This document shows positions 62,150-64,000 of a DNA stretch of 64,000 nucleotides, piece by piece. The translations under genes and the position numbers were made by a program. Every line of letters starts with the position of its first letter. The first letter of the stretch is position 1. The notes beneath the pieces were generated by a model that saw nothing but the letters and a program-made list of their open reading frames with translations, made no database searches and was not told the DNA's origin. The stretch is from contig NC_092379.1 of NCBI RefSeq assembly GCF_030028105.1, positions 9,136,272-9,200,271 of the forward strand, given 5' to 3'. Origin of the DNA: Mobula birostris (Eukaryota).

Positions 62150-63330
62150 ATGGCGGGAGACTTTAATCAAGCTCGCTTCAAATCTCTCGCTAACTAGCAA
62201 CTAGTGCCTGCATTACTGGAGGACTCAACACAGTTGACTGATTCTATTCCACCATCACAAACACAATCCACCGCCCACACTTTGGTAAATCCGAAACCTG
62301 GCTCTGCTTCATCTGCTTTTGTACAGGCAGGAAGTGAAGAGCGATAGGAAGACAATAAAGAGCTTGGTGGTAGAAACGAAGAGAATATTGGATGGATCAC
62401 GTTCAAGGATTCATTAATGGACCTAAAATACAAAAATTGACACTGACTTCAAGAGGATGTATGTGGATGTGTGTACACCCACAACATAAGTTCAATTCTT
62501 TCTATGACGGAGGCCCTGTATGATTAGGCTAGATCAAAGTGACATTTAGGACAGTTGCTTTAGAGTCAGATAACAAATCCACGTAATACGAGAAAAAGAA
62601 TACAATTTCGGACTAAATTGAATCACAGATTGACAGCTGACAGCTGTACCTGGGCTTGCACATTATCTCTTCCAACACGACGAGATCGCATAGCATAAAT
62701 GGTGACGACCCGTTACTCCCGGATGAGCTCGGGGCACCTTAAGCAGGATTTGACTGGAAGAGTTTTAACACACCCACTCGAACCTCTGATTTCTGATAAT
62801 CCTGCTATCCCTGTCTCCGAAGCTGACGTCCAGGCATTCCACAAAAATGAGAATTCAGGAAAAACAGACGGTTTAACAATTAGAGTACGAGCGATTTGCA
62901 AGGTCTAAATAGCTGGACTGCTCATGGACGACTTCCACCGCTCACTTCAGTAGCTCTGATTTGTCTGGCACTTCAGTCTGCTCCGAATCATCTGGATAAC
63001 ACACACTCCGTAGTCAGTCAGCTGTTCATCAACTAGCTTGGTATTCAACACAATCATACTATATAATCTCAACAGCTATATTCAACACTTAGTCCTCTGT
63101 GCCTCTCTGCGCACATGGGTACGTGAATAGTTTGCAGAACATCATAAGAATATTAATACAGACCACATTCAGTCAGACTTGGAAAAGAATAGTTCCTCAC
63201 TGACCATTAATATTGGTGCACTTCAAATCTACATTCTTACGCCCCTGCGTTTCACTCTAAACACACATGACTCCCGTACTAAACAAAGCTTCATAAATAA
63301 ACTCCATGATGACATCACGGTGATTGGATG
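62150..63330 (+). mobile_element. Highly degenerate Rex1-like LINE
   Basis: AGDFNQA endonuclease motif at ~62153, VSEADV, and LTINIGALQ..KLHDDITVIG. Confidence 0.55.
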
Positions 63331-63689
63331 TAAGACACAGAAAATGCTGGAGGAACTCAGCAAGTCCGGCAGCATCTACGGAAAACAGTAAATAGTGGAC
63401 GTTTCAGGCCGTGACCCTTCATGAGATGTTGCATGGCCTGCTGAGTTCCTCCAGTATTTTACTATGTTGCTTTACATTTCCAGCATCTGAGTCATCAGCT
63501 GTTAATACTTGGGAGCTCACATATCATATTATTATATTAGAATATTTTCCCTCTGCATCGGGATAGACTCAGATGGAGCGCACCACTGCGATTTTCCTTT
63601 CTTAAAAGGTTAAGGAAGTTTTGATAATTATATAAAAAATGTCATCTTGTGTAAGGTTGTTGGTTTCAGTGGGCTAAGGGTGGCTTTCA

Positions 63690-63931
63690 CCAATTATATC
63701 CGGCCTCTGAGACTTTGTTCGAATGAGAAGCAGGATTACACAATATATATAATTACTGATGAAAAATACATATTCATATCAGCAGTTTTAATTTGTTTGT
63801 TTCAATTAATATATGTAGCATAATAGCCGATGATGCCTTCCTATCTAATATGCTCCCTGGTGACTAATATTAGGGATAAGTATAAGAATCTCTGAATGCA
63901 GCGTAGTGTCTGTTGACAAGTGTCAATAGCA
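63690..63931 (+). promoter_or_regulatory. Promoter cassette of GPCR gene E (closest to gene A)
   Basis: Long near-identical stretches with 1706-1955; CAATTA 63803-63808 and TCCCTGGTGA 63854-63863. Confidence 0.65.
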
Positions 63932-64000
63932 ATGCATGGAGTTCCACGAATCTTCGAGTTGGTCGTTTGCTATTGCATCATAGCGCTAATCGGCATTCCT
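63932..64000 (+). CDS. GPR139-like GPCR gene E, exon 1 (MHGVPRIFELVVCYCIIALIGIP; runs off the window)
   Basis: 23 codons aligning with gene A exon 1; the donor site and exon 2 lie outside the window. Confidence 0.85.
   Translation, partial: MHGVPRIFELVVCYCIIALIGIP

Overview
Eukaryotic, repeat-rich vertebrate DNA, most likely a cartilaginous fish (inferred from the CR1/HE1-SINE-like, Rex1, Penelope and RTE repeat mix and from the gene family present). The only host genes form a + strand tandem array of two-exon class A GPCR genes of the GPR139/GPR142-like type, each with a 70-nt first coding exon and a phase-1 intron inside the TM1 'GIP(A/V)N' motif. There are two intact 323-aa genes (A: 1956-2025+2689-3590; C: 40634-40703+41468-42369) and two frameshifted copies (B: 21042-21111+27404-28304; D: 44566-44635+47457-48344). 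There is also an orphan first exon (34186-34255), an exon-less intron relic (~60760-62150) and the first exon of a further gene at the window end (63932-64000). Every first exon carries the same promoter cassette (homeodomain-like site, O/E(EBF)-like TCCCTGG(T/G)GA, TATA-like box), and the paralogs differ most in the predicted ligand pocket. Together this looks like a chemosensory-style birth-and-death receptor array (inference). The rest is transposable elements: an ERV remnant with its 3' LTR, two duplicated copies of a Sushi-like Gypsy chromovirus with nested LINEs, a solo LTR, CR1, Rex1/Babar, RTE and HERO fragments, a MITE, and Penelope-like elements including palindromic copies that carry minimal hammerhead ribozymes.
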